A stretch of 64,000 nt of DNA from Eledone cirrhosa (Eukaryota): positions 51,150,001 to 51,214,000 of the forward strand of contig OZ024747.1 of the NCBI GenBank assembly GCA_964016885.1, written 5' to 3'. The stretch's first letter is position 1; every line of letters starts with the position of its first letter. The translations under genes and the position numbers were made by a program. Positions 63,228 to 64,000 of this stretch are shown here, in pieces. Below the pieces are notes generated by a model. It did not search any database. It was not told where the DNA came from and worked only from the letters and a program-made list of their open reading frames with translations.

Positions 63228-63818
63228 TTAGATAAAATATATACAGTATTTCTTCTCCTAATCAGCATAAATTAATCACACAAAAAAATCATTTAAACGG
63301 AGCTATAGGTTTAAAATATACCTATGAAGAAATAGTAGATAAATGATACAGCACTTTATCCCCGATTCACAGCTATAGAAAATGTACCCTTTATTTCTGA
63401 TAACCTGTAGAAATTGACTAGACATATAGTTAACCATACATAATTAGTTGCAAAATCAATGTTAGAAGAAAAATCACATAAACATACCAAACTCATCAAT
63501 ACATCTCTACTACCGGCAATTTCGTTCCGTTTTTGGATATATCCGATCTTGGATAAATCAACGAGGTTGGAAATCATCAGGAGATAAACAAAACTGGACA
63601 ACGATTTTTCTTACATGATCCCCGCCAGAAACGAATTCAAAATGGCTAAGAATCGACACGTGGCTAGTGGTCAAGGCAGACAGTTTGTGATTGGTGCCTG
63701 TCGGCGAGTAGGCTGGTTGCTAGAAAGCGCAGCCGAATACTGCCTAAATTTTTACTCAACACTACGGGAGTATATAAAATTTAAAGGGTATATACATATA
63801 AATTAGACAAGGCCATAG

Positions 63819-63855
<37 letters not shown>

Positions 63856-64000
63856 GCTGTGAATCGCGGATAAAGAGCTGTATCATTTATCTACTGTTTC
63901 TTCATAGGTATATTTTAAACCTATAGCCTCGTTTAAATGATTTTTTGTGTGGTTAATTTATGCTGATTAGGAGAAGAATAACTGTATATATTTTATCTAA
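63228..64000. repeat. ~147-bp inverted repeats (63228-63375, 63854-64000+) separated by a nested insertion
   Basis: Reverse-complement match with ~8 mismatches; runs off window end at tattttatctaa (HHR-core-like). Confidence 0.75.
63503..63585 (-). ncRNA. Hammerhead ribozyme motif
   Basis: atctc-CTGATGA-tttcc..ggaac-GAAA-ttgccggtag-TA-gagat. Confidence 0.6.

Overview
Very AT-rich, repeat-saturated eukaryotic DNA. An octopus or other cephalopod source is inferred from the SINE, Penelope and Tx1 repertoire. I can support no host protein-coding gene; almost all ORFs in the track are artefacts of (TA)n, (CA)n, (CAC)n or (GGT)n repeats. Recognisable content: one nearly intact 6.8-kb Penelope-like element (Naiad-like RT plus C-terminal GIY-YIG, one 4-bp frameshift, pLTRs at both ends), further Penelope fragments, several L1/Tx1-like LINE fragments, RTE remnants including a short bipartite non-autonomous RTE, at least 11 copies of one tRNA-derived SINE, and large trinucleotide-derived minisatellites. 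The most interesting signal lies in the short unique islands inside the (TA)n tracts. Many are 100-450 bp insertions from different families. Each carries a minimal type I hammerhead ribozyme (HHR) motif (CTGANGA-stem II-GAAA-palindromic stem III-UH) and is arranged as a fold-back palindrome or inversion. The inverted arm repeatedly stops a few nt before a conserved ACTC...GAGT (once GCTC...GAGC) stem that opens the 3' tail. One 257-bp direct-repeat unit also encloses a tRNA-like cloverleaf (retrozyme-like). All structures were read by eye and need computational and biochemical confirmation.
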